Below are positions 18,048 to 49,067 of a stretch of DNA of 64,000 bases, piece after piece. The notes under the pieces are model-generated. The model did not search any database. It was given only the letters and a program-made list of their open reading frames with translations, and was not told the origin of the DNA. The translations under genes and the position numbers were made by a program. Positions within the stretch are counted from its first letter, which is position 1. Every line of letters starts with the position of its first letter. This DNA is from the human T2T-CHM13v2.0 reference genome, Homo sapiens, in assembly GCF_009914755.1 (NCBI RefSeq), contig NC_060943.1; one strand, given 5' to 3'.

Positions 18048-19378
18048 GTGGCAGTGGCTGTCCTTGTACCTAATCATAGGACAGAGGGGAGACCAGACCC
18101 AGCATAGGTGAGGGAAGCCGTCAGGGTCATTAGTGGCAGCTGGTGTGTCTGAAACAGCCATGGTAGGGCAGCAGGATGACCCAGACAGGACCTTCGGTTT
18201 ATCACAGGGGACAGGAGTGGAAATCAAGAGACCCTAGAGGGCCTGGGGATCACTTGAAAAGGGTCACAATGATAGCATCAGGTGGGGCTCATGGTCCAGC
18301 CCTGCCCCCCTGGAGAAGGAGCACAGGGCAGCCTCTGAGCCCCGGCCTCGGCATCAGTGCGGTTGACACCGGGGCCATCACCATCTGATAATAGGTTCTG
18401 TTTGGAACAGCTGCCTGGTGACAAGTATAATAAAACGTATTAACGAGGCCATTATTACTCCCTAATTAAAAGCTAATAACTAAGAGTTAATTGCCTTTAA
18501 AAGATGAAGCAAGGCTGGGCTGGGACTTATCTCTGTTTTCCTTTGCTTGCCTGGATAGGCTGATATTTGGGAACTAATTAATTGAGTCGAATCTTACAGG
18601 AAACTAATATCTCCTCTGCCATTGCGGCTGTTGGATTAAAAAGCGTTTGCTGTGTGTCTGGGCATTTCTGTGGAAAGGTCTCCTGTGTCCACTGTTCTTG
18701 CCGGGGCGGGGGTGGTGGTGGTGAGGCTTCAAGGTGCGGCTATGGGGGGCTGCTTGTCCTCTCCTTTCCTGCTGATTCTCCCGCAATGGTAGCCCAAGCA
18801 TCCATGCAATTTGTGAGTCAGAATGCTCAGATGCTGTTCCAGGGAACAGACAGGCCGATCTTATATCACAGATCTATCGTCATCATCATCATCACCATCA
18901 TTAAAAAAAAAAATCAGGCTAGGCTCTGTGGCTCATGCCTGTAATCCCAGCATTTTGGGAGGCCAAGGCAGGTGGATCCCCTGAGGTCAAGAATTCCAGA
19001 CCAACCTGGCCAACGTGGCAAAACCCCCTCTCTACTAAAAATACAAAACTTAGGCAGGCATGGTGGCAGGTGCCTGTAATCCCAGCTACTCAGGAGGATG
19101 AAGCTTAAGAATCTCTTGAACCTGGGAGGCGGAGGTGGCAGTGAGCTGAGATAAGATGGCACCACTGCACTCCGGCCTGGACGACAGAGCTAGACTCCAC
19201 CTCAAAAAACAAAACAAAACAAGACAGTGCTCTAACTGCAAGCATACAACTCGATGGCTTTTGTACATATAAACACTTCAGTTACCAACACTTTAACAAA
19301 ATAGAACAAGGGTTAGCAAACTCTGGTCCCTGGGCCACATTCAGTCCACTGCCTGATTTTGTATGGCCCATAGACTAA

Positions 19379-19804
<426 letters not shown>

Positions 19805-20393
19805 TGAAAACCTACTCCCAGACTGAGATTTAAGCAGCCTGTGTGGACTGGGAGGAAACTTTAAAGAGCTTTACAGGACAGGGCAGGGAAGGGCTGTCAG
19901 CAGAAGGCTCAGCCCAAGCGAAGGTTAGGATGCCGAGCTTGTCAGAGGGGGTTTGAGGAGGAACCGGTGTCGGCCTGGGCCCGGCCCACCTGGAGCCCTC
20001 GGCGCAGTGAACATCAGCTGTGCTGGTCACGTTGCCTCCATCATTCTGTGCATCTGTGCAGCGTGGCCATGTGCCAGCCAAGAGGACCCAGAGTGTAGCA
20101 AGAACAATTAGCCCATGACGGATGGCGCCTCGGTCCACCTTACTTTTGGCAAGGCTAATTGTTGAAGTAAAGCTTCCACCGGGGTCACTCGCTACTGCAC
20201 TGGGCGGTGTTTCCCAAACCCCGTCTCCAGGAAACTGACATGGACCTGGGAGTTGTGGGAGGGGGTCCCCTGAGCTGGTTTGCTCTCAGCACTGGGGTCT
20301 CTGCAGAGTCTCCCAGGAAACCACCTGGGCTTGGCTTGGGTGTTTGTTGCTGGGAAGGTTTATCATGTATAAGACCACAGACCTCAGTCCATC

Positions 20394-20530
20394 CCCTCCC
20401 TCCCTCCCTCCCTCCTTTCCTTCCTTCCTCCCTCCCTCCCTTCTTCCCTCCCTCCCTCCCTCCCTTCTTCCCTTCCTTCCTTCCTACCTCCCTCCCTCCT
20501 TTCCTTCCTTCCTTTCTTTCTTTTTTTTTT
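20394..20530 (+). repeat. (CCTT/CCCT)n polypyrimidine simple repeat
   Basis: Direct reading. Confidence 0.9.
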
Positions 20531-20961
20531 TTCTTCAGGGTGTTGCTCTGTTGCCCAGGCTGTAATGCAGTGGTTCCATCTCAGCTCACTGGAGCTTCAA
20601 CCTCCTGGGTTCAAGCAATTTTCCACCTCAGCCTCCCGCGTAGCTGCAACCACAGGCATGCACTGTCACAAGCAGCTAGCTTTTTACATTTTTAGTTGAG
20701 ATATGGTCTTGCTATGTGTTGCCCAGGCTGGTCTTGAACTCCTGGGCTCAAATGATCCACCCGCCTTCGTCTCCCAAAGTATTGGGATTACGATGTGAGC
20801 CACTGTGCCCAGCTTCCTGTCCTTAAAAAAAAAAAAAAAAAAGGCCAGGTGCGGTGGCTCACTCCTGTAATCCCAGCACTTTAGTAGGCTGAGGCAGGTG
20901 GATCACGAGGTCAGGAGATCGAGACCATCCTGGCTAACACGGTGAAACCCCGTGTCTACTA

Positions 20962-21162
<201 letters not shown>

Positions 21163-21265
21163 TCATGGGCAGTTGCAAAGGTAGTACAGACAGGATACTG
21201 TACACGCTTCACTCAGCTTCCCCCGATGGTTACATTTTATTACATGATCAAAACCAGGAAATTGA

Positions 21266-21520
<255 letters not shown>

Positions 21521-21713
21521 TGATCCACCCGCCTCAGCCTCCCAAAGTGCAATGTATCTATTTCTATGTAATTGTATCACATGTATATATATATATTTTT
21601 AAGAGAGACAGGGTCTTGGGGCCGGGCGCGGTGGCTCACGCCTGTAATTCCAGCACTTTGGGAGGCTGAGGCGGGCAGATCACAAGGTCAGGAGATTGAG
21701 ACCATCCTGGCTA

Positions 21714-21980
<267 letters not shown>

Positions 21981-22635
21981 TCATAGCTCACTGTAGCATT
22001 CAACTCCTGGGGTCAAGCAATCCTCCCACCTCAGTATCCTGAGTAGCTGGGACTACAGGCATGCACCACCGTGCCTTGCTGATTTTTTTAATAGAGAGGG
22101 GGTTTTGCTATGTTGCGCAATCTGATCCCAAATTCCTGGCCTCAATTGATCCTCCTGCCTCAGCCTCCCAAAGTGCTAGCATTACAGGTGCATACCACCA
22201 CACTAGGCTTATTTTAAAATTTGTCTGTAGAGATGGGGTTTTGCTATGTTGCCCAGTCTGATCCCAGATTCCTAGCCTCAAGTGATCCTCCTGCCTCAGC
22301 TTCCCAAAGTGCTAGGATTACAGGTGTGCACCACCACACTAGGCTAATTTTTAAATTTGTCTGTAGAGATGGGGTTTTGCTATGTTTCCCAGGCTGGCCT
22401 CCAACTACTGGCCCCAAGTAATCCTCCTGCCTCAGCCTCCCAAGGCACTGGGATTACAGGCGTGAGCCACCATGCTCGGCTATCACACATAAATTCTTGT
22501 AACTAACCACAGATGAGATACAGAACTATTCGGTCCCCACAAAGATCTCTCTAAAGCTACTCCCTGGGAGTGACCCCCACCCCATTCCTAACCCTAGGCA
22601 ACCCCTAATCTCTTCTCCAGTCTACAACTTTATTA

Positions 22636-22995
<360 letters not shown>

Positions 22996-23681
22996 CTATG
23001 TTGCATTTTGAAATTGCCTTTTTTTTTCTGTGAACATTAGGCCCTTAGGAGCAGCCAGGGGGTATGTGGGGGTATCAGCAGTTCCTTCCTTTTTAGCCCT
23101 GCGTCGTATTCCGTGGTGTGGATGGACCACAGTTTGTTCAACGATCCACCTGTTGAAGGGTACCTGGGTGGAGTCCAGGTTTTGTCTGTTGGGAATAAAG
23201 CTGCTATGAACATTTGTAGACAGGTTTTTGCATAGACATACGTTCCCATTTTTCTAGGATGAATGCCAGGAGTGCAATTACTGGACGATGTGGAAAGTGT
23301 TTCGGGTTTTAAGAGTTTTCCCAGAGTGGCTATACCATGTTACATCCCCACCAGCAAAGGATGAGGGATCCAGTTTCCCTGTACTTAGAACGTCTTTTAT
23401 CCCCATTCAGGCTCATCCTGGAAGCCACACATCCCAGCGTTTGCAGAGGCTCCTGGGTTTCACGGAGAGGTCTGGGAAGGGGAGAAAAATGCGAGCTTGT
23501 GGTTCTATTCTAGGAAATCGCCACAGGCTTCACTCTGGAGTTGGAAATCTCGCCTGTGGAGCTCAGAGCCTTCATAAGCTTGTGGGATCCAAGATGCCTC
23601 ACGACTGCCAGACAGAGAATCCACACAGATCGGGCGCCAGAATTTGAAGCAACAGTCAGGCTCCAGCAGGATTTTATCTTA

Positions 23682-24034
<353 letters not shown>

Positions 24035-24770
24035 TTATTGTCACTTCCATTTCATTTACCATTGCAACTGTGTGCAAATGCTTAGAATGAACAAAGAAAT
24101 TATGAAGTGCCAGGGGGAAATATTGCCATATTTTTCTTCCCCCAAATTGCACGCTAGAACAATCCCACACCCTTCCCTGCCACTTTGATTTTGCACCACC
24201 AATAGTCATGGGGGACACTTTTACAAGAAGAAAAAAATAAAAATAAAAATAAGAAGGCCAGGCGCAGTGGCTCATGCCTTTAATTCCAGCACTTTGGGAG
24301 GCTGAGGTTGGAGATCACTTGAGCCCAGGAATTTGAGACCAGCCTGAGCAACATAGCAAGACTTCATCTCTACAAAAAATTACAAAATAAGCCAGGCGTG
24401 TTGGCACATGTGTGTAGTCCCAGCTACTCAGGAGGCTGAGGTGGGAAGATTGCTTGACTCCAGGAGGTTGAGGCTGCAGTGAGCTCTGATTGCACTCTGG
24501 GAGACAGAGCAAGACCCCGTCTCCAAAAAAAAGGAAAAAAAAGAAAAAAGAAAAGAATAAAATGAGGCTCTATTAGTTTCCCCAAGAGTCTCTTTTAATC
24601 CACTGCTAATCAAATCTCTCTCTTTTTGTTTTTTAACTTTTTGTTTTGGACTAATTATAGACTTACAAGAAGTTTCGGCCGGGCGCGGTGGCTCACTCCT
24701 ATAATCCCAGCACTTTGGGAGGCCAAGGCGGGTGGATCACAAGGTCAAGAGATTGAGACCATCCTGGCTA

Positions 24771-25022
<252 letters not shown>

Positions 25023-25126
25023 CTAATGGTGACGTCTTATATGACCTTGGGGCAATATCAAATCCAGGAAATTGATGTTGGGATAACACTGGGAAATAGA
25101 CAGATATACAAATTGTGATATTTTCT

Positions 25127-25372
25127 AAACCTGCATTCGTGTGTGTGCACGTGTGTGCAAACCTGCATTCGTGTGTGTGCACGTGTGTGCAAACCTGCAT
25201 TTGTGTGTGTGCACGTGTGTGTAAACCTGCATTCGTGTGTGCACGTGTGTAAACCTGCATTCGTGTGTGTGCACGTGTGTGTAAACCTGCATTCGTGTGT
25301 GCACATGTGTGTAAACCTGCATTCATGTGTGCACGTGTGTGTAAACCTGCATTCGTGTGTGTGCATGTGTGT
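25127..25372 (+). repeat. Minisatellite, about 8 units of 28-32 bp (aaacctgcattcgtgtgtgtgcacgtgtgtgt)
   Basis: Direct reading; sits in an old L1M 3' fragment. Confidence 0.95.
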
Positions 25373-25499
25373 GCCCAGTTCTATGCAGTTTTATTCCATG
25401 TATAGATTAATGTAACCATCACCGCCATCAAGATACAGAACTGTTCCATCTTTACAAAGTAACTCCCTCATGCTACTTTTTTTTTTTTTTTTGAGATAG

Positions 25500-25703
<204 letters not shown>

Positions 25704-26092
25704 TGAGCTCAAGCAATCCGGCCACCTCAGCCTCTCTCTCCAAGTCTGGGATCACAGGCGTGAGCCACTGCACCTGGTCACCCTCATGCTACCTCTTTAT
25801 ATTCAACATCCCACCTCCACTTCCCTGTCCCATCACAACCACTAATCTGTTCTCTATCTCTATGGTTTTGCCATTTTGAGAACATCATATAAATAAAATC
25901 AGAGAGCATGTACTCTTTGAGGTTGACTGCTTTTACTGTTTATGAGACAGAGTCTTGCTCTGTCAGCCAGGCTGGAGTGCAGTGGTGAGATCATAGCTCG
26001 CCGTAGCCTCAACCTCCCAGGTTCAAGCAATCCTCCCACCTCAGCCTCTTGAGTAGCTGGGACTACAGGCATGCACCACCACGCTCAGCTAA

Positions 26093-26224
<132 letters not shown>

Positions 26225-26388
26225 TAGCTGGGATTACAGGTGCGCGTCACCACGCCCAGCTAATTTTTGTATTTTTAGTAGAGACAGGGTTTCACCATGT
26301 TGGTCAGGCTGGTCTGGAACTCCTGACCTTATGATCCACCCACCTCAACCTCCCAAAGTGCTGGAATTTTATTTGTTTATTTATTTAG

Positions 26389-26674
<286 letters not shown>

Positions 26675-26996
26675 TAAAAACTTTTTTTGTAGAGACGGGA
26701 GAATATCGCTATGTTGCCCAGGCTGGTCTTGAACTCCTGGCCCCAAGTGATCCTCCTACCTCAGCCTCCCCACAGGGCTGGGATTACTGGCGTGAGCCAC
26801 TGTGCCTGGTCTGTTTTCACTTCATCATGCTCTTGAGGTCCATCCAGGTCTCAATCTTTTGTCCTTTTTTTTTTTTTTTTTTTTGCTGAGTAATATTCCA
26901 GGCATGGAATGGAGGTGCTGCCATATGTTCAACCATCCAACCACAGAAGGGCCTCTGGTTTCCAGTATTTTGCTATCATGAATAAAGCTGTTATGA

Positions 26997-28039
<1,043 letters not shown>

Positions 28040-28379
28040 TGATTTTGAATTCCTGGGTTCAAGTGATCCTCCCCCAGTGCTGGGATTACAGATGTGAGCC
28101 ACCATACCCAGCCTCCAATGCACATCCTGGTGAATTTTTACATTCATATTGTGAGGGGTGAGTGAACGGTGGGCTTTGGGTGGGGGGTCAGAAACTCCCC
28201 AGCACCCCTAGTTCACCCTCACAGGGCTGAGCTTACTTCTGCAGGCAGAGAAAATCCCCCAGGCGGACTTTGCCGTTTGCAATCAGCAGTCATTAATTAG
28301 TGTGTTTAGGTGAACACAGCTGTTGTGATCAGGGCCTCTGCAGTATCCACTAATTTATTTTTATTTTATATTTTTTTGA

Positions 28380-28520
<141 letters not shown>

Positions 28521-28747
28521 TAGCTAATTTTTGTATTTTTAGTGGAGATGGGGTTTCACCATGTTGGCCAGGCTAGTCTCGAACTCCTGACCTCAGGTGA
28601 TCTGCCTACTTCAGCCTTCCAAAGTGTTGAGATTATAGGCGTGAGCCATGGCGCCCGGCTGTATCCACTAATTTAACAGTGACTGACTTATTTTCCAGGG
28701 CGTCCCACTGTTCTCAGGACACGCCCCTCAATGTGGCCCTCACAGCT

Positions 28748-29141
28748 CATGCTGAGGTTTGAAGGTGCCCCTTCCAAAATTCACATGTTGGGACTTAATG
28801 GCCAATGTGATGGGTATTAACAGGTGGAGCAGGTAGGAGGTGATTGGGGCCTGAGGACACCTTCCTGGTGAATGAGATTAAGGCCCTCATAAAAGAAGCA
28901 CTGAGAACGGTCGGCTCTTTTTGCCCTTCCACCCTGTGAGGACAAAGCGTTCTTCCTCTCCAGAGGATGCGGCAACCAGGTCCCGTCCTGAAGCAGACCT
29001 CAGCCGTCACGAGCGACTGACCTGCCGGCACCTTGATCTTGGACTACCTGACATGCAGAACCGTAAGGAAATCAATTTCTGTTCTTTATAAATGACCCAG
29101 CCTGACGCATTTTATTAGAGCCATGAAAATGGATTGAGACA
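28748..29141 (+). mobile_element. MaLR LTR (MST-like)
   Basis: ccccttccaaaattcacatgttg...ccggcaccttgatcttggact...aaatgacccagcct. Confidence 0.75.
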
Positions 29142-30498
29142 ATCCTCCATCTCTTGCCTCTGCCTCTCCGAATTTGTTTCATGCAATATTCCCCACCCCC
29201 AAATTCCTCAAATGCACCAAGCCCCCATCCATCTTGCCAGCCTTTCTCTGGGCTGCTTCCCAGAACCACTTTCATCCTTCCTTCAGGCCAGCTCCTTCCT
29301 ATTCATCCTTTTGAATCTTGGCTTAAACGCCACTTCCTCCAGGAAGCCTCCCCTGCTTGCTACCTTCCGGTCTGAGCCCCTGTTCCAGATCCTCACATCT
29401 CCCTGGGCTCGCCTTTGGAGAACTTCTCATGGCCATATTTATAACCATGATTTGCAGGCAATGTAGGGCTTCTCTTATCTGCCTTGATTTGCTTAAGGCC
29501 AGGGGTTTGAGACTGGCCTAGGTAACATGGCAAGACCCCCCCCCCCCGCCAACCCACCCACCACCCCATCTCTTCCCACGGGGCAGAAAATCCAGCCTTG
29601 CGGTATCCGAGACACTCAGCCTGGAGCCTGGTATACAGTAGGTGCTCAAGCAGAGAAACTCAGGAGGGGAGTGAAGCGCGGCCTAAATCACGTGGCTCAG
29701 CCCATTGCATATTTCCTGCTGTTTTCCACGTCCCCCGGGGGACCCACTGGCCCTCTACTCAGGACGCCAGGAATTGAAAGTAAGTGTTCCCTCCACAAGT
29801 TTCCCCCATCTACGTTCATCTTCTGCACGGGCTAATTTTATTAAAGTTCCTCAAAGAGAGAATTGTAAATTCATTAGCACGCATGTTAGACCAGACCTTC
29901 CTTTACGCCGGGTAGAAAAAGATTAGGAGTCAGCTGAGCCCGATGATAATGAAACAGAAGATGCTAAAACATCATTCTTAATTAAACTGTAATGAGATAA
30001 GAAGTTGTCGCCGGCTTGTGGGCCTGGCTTGAGTCGCTCATGTTCCCATCGTAAATCTATGATTTATGGTTCTCCTCCCTCACAGATGTAATTAGTTTTT
30101 TCCCCCTCTAAACAAAAAATCCTAAACACTACTTCGATTATATATATGTATAAAAAGCCTGGACCACAATTGGAGGTTGTTTTTATCTAGCTGGAATAAT
30201 AACTTCAATTAGGAAAAAAAATAAATGCTGGAGGTTGAAAGAGGGAGAATTCAAGAGGAGGAGATGAAGGAAAGTTGGGGGGAAGTGCCCAGTTCCGTCC
30301 TGGCCCAGACTCTTGGACTCTGCCCAGGTGGTGCTTCTGCCAGGATAGCCCTTGGTCATTTTAGGGATCTGCGGACATTTTTCACTGTGGAAACCTTCCC
30401 CAGATCCCTGTGTCTCCCTGAGCCTCATAGCTGGTTTGTGGCAGGTTTTGTATCATGGTAGATCTCGCAGCTGCATGCTTCAAGAATATTTGGGGTCT

Positions 30499-32579
<2,081 letters not shown>

Positions 32580-32725
32580 TCACCGAAAGGGATCGCGCTT
32601 GCGGGCGGCTCAAACTGGAGTGATGGTGCCAGGGAGGCCCGGGGACAGGATGCAATTTGCAATTCCCCGTAGCTCTCTGTCATCCTCCTGCCCAGGGTCC
32701 TATTTGAGGGCTCCCACAGTGGGAG

Positions 32726-33881
<1,156 letters not shown>

Positions 33882-34573
33882 GGAGGGAGGAGGGGGTTAA
33901 GCCGGCCCAGACATCTCAGAGCTGGGAAACTTCAGCTGGGCCCCCAAACACAGCGAGGCTGCCTATTCAGGGGAGCCATTCAGCCGTTGCCCTGTTTGAA
34001 AAGGCCAAGCCTCTGTGTGCAAAGCCTCAAGGCAAAGTGGCTTCGTGCCTTCCTTTGTGAGGTCCAGCTGCTGGCTCTTTGTCTGGGGGGCTGTGGGGGT
34101 GGGGGCAGGCCTGCCCTGGCCTCTCCTGAAACCCTCCCAGCTGCAGCCACCCCTTTGTCTGCCCTGATTGAAATGCGAAGAGAAAATTAGAATTCCCTGG
34201 CCTTCTCTCCTCCTCTTTCTTCTGGATTTTAATGAATTCAGCCCTTACAGGCTGCGCAGGTGAAGAAAATGGCTTTGGAGACTTTTTTGTTGTTGTTGAA
34301 TTATTTTCATTTCCAGGACGATGTTCGCGTTCAACTTCATTCCGCAGAAGGTTCCCCTAAAGTGGTCTGGGCTGCTGCTTCCTGATTTCTGGCTGGTCGG
34401 CCAGAGTTCCAATCAGACTTTTTGTTTTGAATCCACAAAGAGACTTTCTAGAGCTTTATCTGATCTGTTCTAGGAGGCAGATAACCATAAATAAAATTAA
34501 ATATGAAAGAAACAAAATTATGGTAATAAAAGTTTGCCTGCCCAAGGACTTGAACTTTAAGCCAATTGTCCTA

Positions 34574-45940
<11,367 letters not shown>

Positions 45941-46099
45941 TGTGTGGTCTTGGACAAGCACCACCACCTCTCTGGGCCAACTCCTCCTCTGACTGTTCAC
46001 ACAAGGAAACGAGATCAGCTCTCCAGGACCCCACCGACCTCCACCCCAGGGATGAAACTGGACAGGCAGGGGCGCAACAAAGACTCCACAATGGGCCGG

Positions 46100-47367
46100 G
46101 GTCAGACGATCTTCCTTTAATACAAAGTCGATATATCTACATACACGGGGGTGGGAAAACCACCCGGCTGCTTCCGCTGGAATAAACAGTGTTGAAAGTA
46201 ACCGCAGACCTGCCCTTGTACAAAGAGGAACAACTCGCTTGCTCAGGGTAGGCGGGTAGAGGGGGGCCTGTCCTTCTGGTTTTGCTCCCAAACTGCCCCA
46301 CAGTCCCAGGGGGAAAGGGTCCCTGATGTGGGGCAGCACAGCCATACAGCCACTGTCCCCGAAGAAGTAGGATCCTCTCTGTCTCCTTGGGGGCGGGAGA
46401 CGGGGAGACAGCTCAGGCTCTCAGAGGAGGACCACTGTCATCTCTCTCCTCTTACAGCAGCGTCCCCCTCAACCGCACCCAACGCCACTGGGTCCGAGCT
46501 CCCCCATGACCTTACCCTCAGAACTGTATTTGATATGTCTGAAAATTTAATTTATAAAAATGAAACAAAAAGGGGGAAAAAAAAAGCCAAGAAAGAAAAA
46601 AGGACATCCCATTCTTCTGTGAGCAAAGCACACTTTCTGATGGTAGGAAAAATTAAAAAAAAAAAAAAAAAAAAAAAAGCCAAGGTACAGCCATGGGCCT
46701 GGCGTGCGCGTTTGCGAACGTAACTATCACACAAGGACGCTTTCTACAGTGAAAAAATAGACTGTCTTTGAACAGAATATGAATAAGCCAAAGTTAGTTC
46801 TCTTTGAAAGTCATTGACTGGCGAGTCTTTTGTTTGTTTCTCTTAAAAAAAAAAATGGAAAAAAAAATACACTATTTAAAAAAAATGAAATGTCACGGGA
46901 TACAGTTACACTGAGAGTTTTAAAAGAAAGCTGGATTCTGGTCCCAGCCCAGTGTCCCCAGGCTGCAGAGCGGGGAGGAGCCCCCCGGGTCCCCCTACCA
47001 CCGCTGGGGGAGGACGAGGGGTCCGTCTATGGTCTGTGCCCCACCCTCCTCTGGTTCTGGGGAGCACTCCTATTTGCTCACCATCCCCCCACCCCCCACC
47101 CCGGAATCTGGTTTTGGAATTGGAAGGAAAGGAGGAATGTGCCAAGTATTTGAAGGCGGCGGCCGGTGCCAGGGAGGTCGCTGGGGCGGCCGGGGCCGGT
47201 GGGGGGGCTCGAGGGGCTGCGTCGTCCTCGGAAATGGTGCAGAAACACAGCTGCTGCCGCTGCCACCTCCTGCCCTGCCCACTGGGGGTCCAGGCCTCAG
47301 GAGGTCCGCCCGGGAGGGGCAGAGGCATCCGGGGCCAGTGGTGTCGGGCCTGGGGGGAACCATGGCT
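46100..47367 (-). other. PTPRS: PTPRS 3' UTR (about 1.27 kb)
   Basis: Repeat-free sequence after the stop, U-rich tracts, ends shortly after an ATTAAA; cleavage position inferred. Confidence 0.8.
46116..46121 (-). terminator. PTPRS: Poly(A) signal ATTAAA with adjacent UGUA
   Basis: Minus strand ...CTTTGTATTAAAGG...; repeats resume within about 170 bp downstream. Confidence 0.75.
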
Positions 47368-47436
47368 TTAGGTTGCATAGTGGTCAAAGCTTCCGAGGTA
47401 CTCCAGTGCCGCCTGGTAACAGAACTGGTACTCATC
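47368..47436 (-). CDS. PTPRS: PTPRS last coding exon, [22 protein letters not shown]
   Basis: cag|GATGAG...ACC TAA; 69 nt. Confidence 0.98.
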   Translation of the reverse strand, partial: DEYQFCYQAALEYLGSFDHYAT

Positions 47437-47679
47437 CTGGGGGAGCAGAGGTGACCTGTTAGTACCTCCGCTGCTCTAACGCCTCCCAGGGCTCCCTATC
47501 GCCCTCAGGAGCAGGCCAAGCTCCTCAGCCTTGTGCGTGTCTCTTGCAGAAGGTCTCTTTGGCCCCCACGGCCCTCCCACAATGAAGTGAGCTATGCCAC
47601 ACCTCTCTGCCTAACACAGCCAGGCTCTTCACCCGGAACGCCCTCTCCTCCCGTCTGCCTGGAGGCCCTATTCATCTTT

Positions 47680-48098
47680 TCTTTTTTATTTATTTTGAGA
47701 CGGAGTCTCGCTGTGTTGCCCAGGCTGGAGTGCAGTGGCGCCATCTTGGCTCCCTGCAACCTCTGTCTCCTGGGTTCAAGTGATTCTCCTGCCTGAGCCT
47801 CCCAAGTAGCTGGGATGACAGGCGTGTACCACCATGCCCAGCTGATTTTTGTATTTTTAGTAGAGACAGGGTTTCGCCATGTTGGCCAGGCTGGTCTCAA
47901 ACTCCTGACCTCGGGTGATCTGCCTGCCTTGGCCTCCCAAAGTGCTGGGATTACAGGCATAAGCCACCACACCCAGCCTCATTTCTATTTTTTTTGTAGA
48001 GATGGGGTCTTTCTGTGTTGCCCAGGATGGGCTCAAGCGATCCTCCCACCTCAGCCTCCCAAAGTGCTGGGATTACAGGTGTGAGCTGCCACGCCGGG
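47680..48098 (-). mobile_element. Intronic Alu plus a partial Alu monomer
   Basis: Antisense Alu consensus. Confidence 0.88.
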
Positions 48099-48515
48099 TC
48101 CCCTCTACTCATCTTTTAAGACATGGCTGCTGTTCAGAACCCCCTCCACTGGAACATTCCCCTTGAAGCTAGGAGTCTGGGCCTCAGTTTCCCCATCTGT
48201 ACATTGGTTGGACTTGGGGGTCAGTGGTTCTTGGCAGGGTCCAGGCTGAGCCACAGACTTGCTGTGACTTGGGGACTGCAATGAGCCCATCTCTGTCCAC
48301 TCCAAGGGCCACTTCTCGCCTTTGACCTTCAGCTGACTGTTGTGTTAAAAGGGTTACTGGTCCCCTTCCAGTGCGGGAGGGGTCTGTGGACCGTCTACCC
48401 ACAGTGACCCAGAGAGTCCCAGGTGGCTGTACCCATCTCACAGAGGAGGAAACTGGAGCTTAGGGGCAGTCGGGGCGTGAGGCCAGGCTGCCTCCCCTCC
48501 CTGTCCCATCTTTAC

Positions 48516-48651
48516 CTCTGTCTGCACCATGGCCGGCCGCTGGGTTCGTAGCATCTTCACCGTCTGAAAGATGTCCACCACGCCTTCATACCGCATCCGC
48601 TCCAGCACGATGCTAAGCGTGATGAAGACGCCCGTCCTGCCCACGCCGGCA
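48516..48651 (-). CDS. PTPRS: PTPRS D2 exon (136 nt)
   Basis: [23 protein letters not shown]...MVQTE; GT-AG. Confidence 0.97.
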
Positions 48652-48830
48652 CTGGTGGCAGTAAAGTGAGCACAGCCATTCAGGGGCAGGTGCTGGGGAG
48701 CCCTGATCTGACCACCCGATTCCCCGAGGACTCTAACAGCCCAGATGGGACAGCCTAAGCTTGGGGCTGTCCCCACCAGGCCTCAGTTTCCCCAGCAGGG
48801 CCAAAAGCTGGGACACTCGAGGGAGCTCAC

Positions 48831-48985
48831 CTGCAGTGGACAGAGATGGGGCCGTCCTGGCCAAACTGCTCCTTAGTCTTATGCACTTGGCCAATGAAGT
48901 CGATGAAGCCCTCCCCCGACTTTGGCACACCCTGTTCCGGCCAGTCTGTGAACTGGAACTGCCGGACAGTCCGGGACTGGCCATC
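48831..48985 (-). CDS. PTPRS: PTPRS D2 exon (155 nt), WPE loop and VHCS
   Basis: [21 protein letters not shown]...ISVHCS; GT-AG. Confidence 0.97.
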
Positions 48986-49067
48986 CTAGAGTGCAGAGAG
49001 CCCAATCTTGTTATCAGGTCAGCAGCGGCCATGGGGGTTTTTCTCCATCCTCCCTATCTTCACCCCC

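Noticed and set aside
46830-47462. Overlapping ORFs in the PTPRS 3'UTR and antisense ORFs over exons
   Set aside because: GC-rich, stop-poor sequence with no recognisable protein motifs
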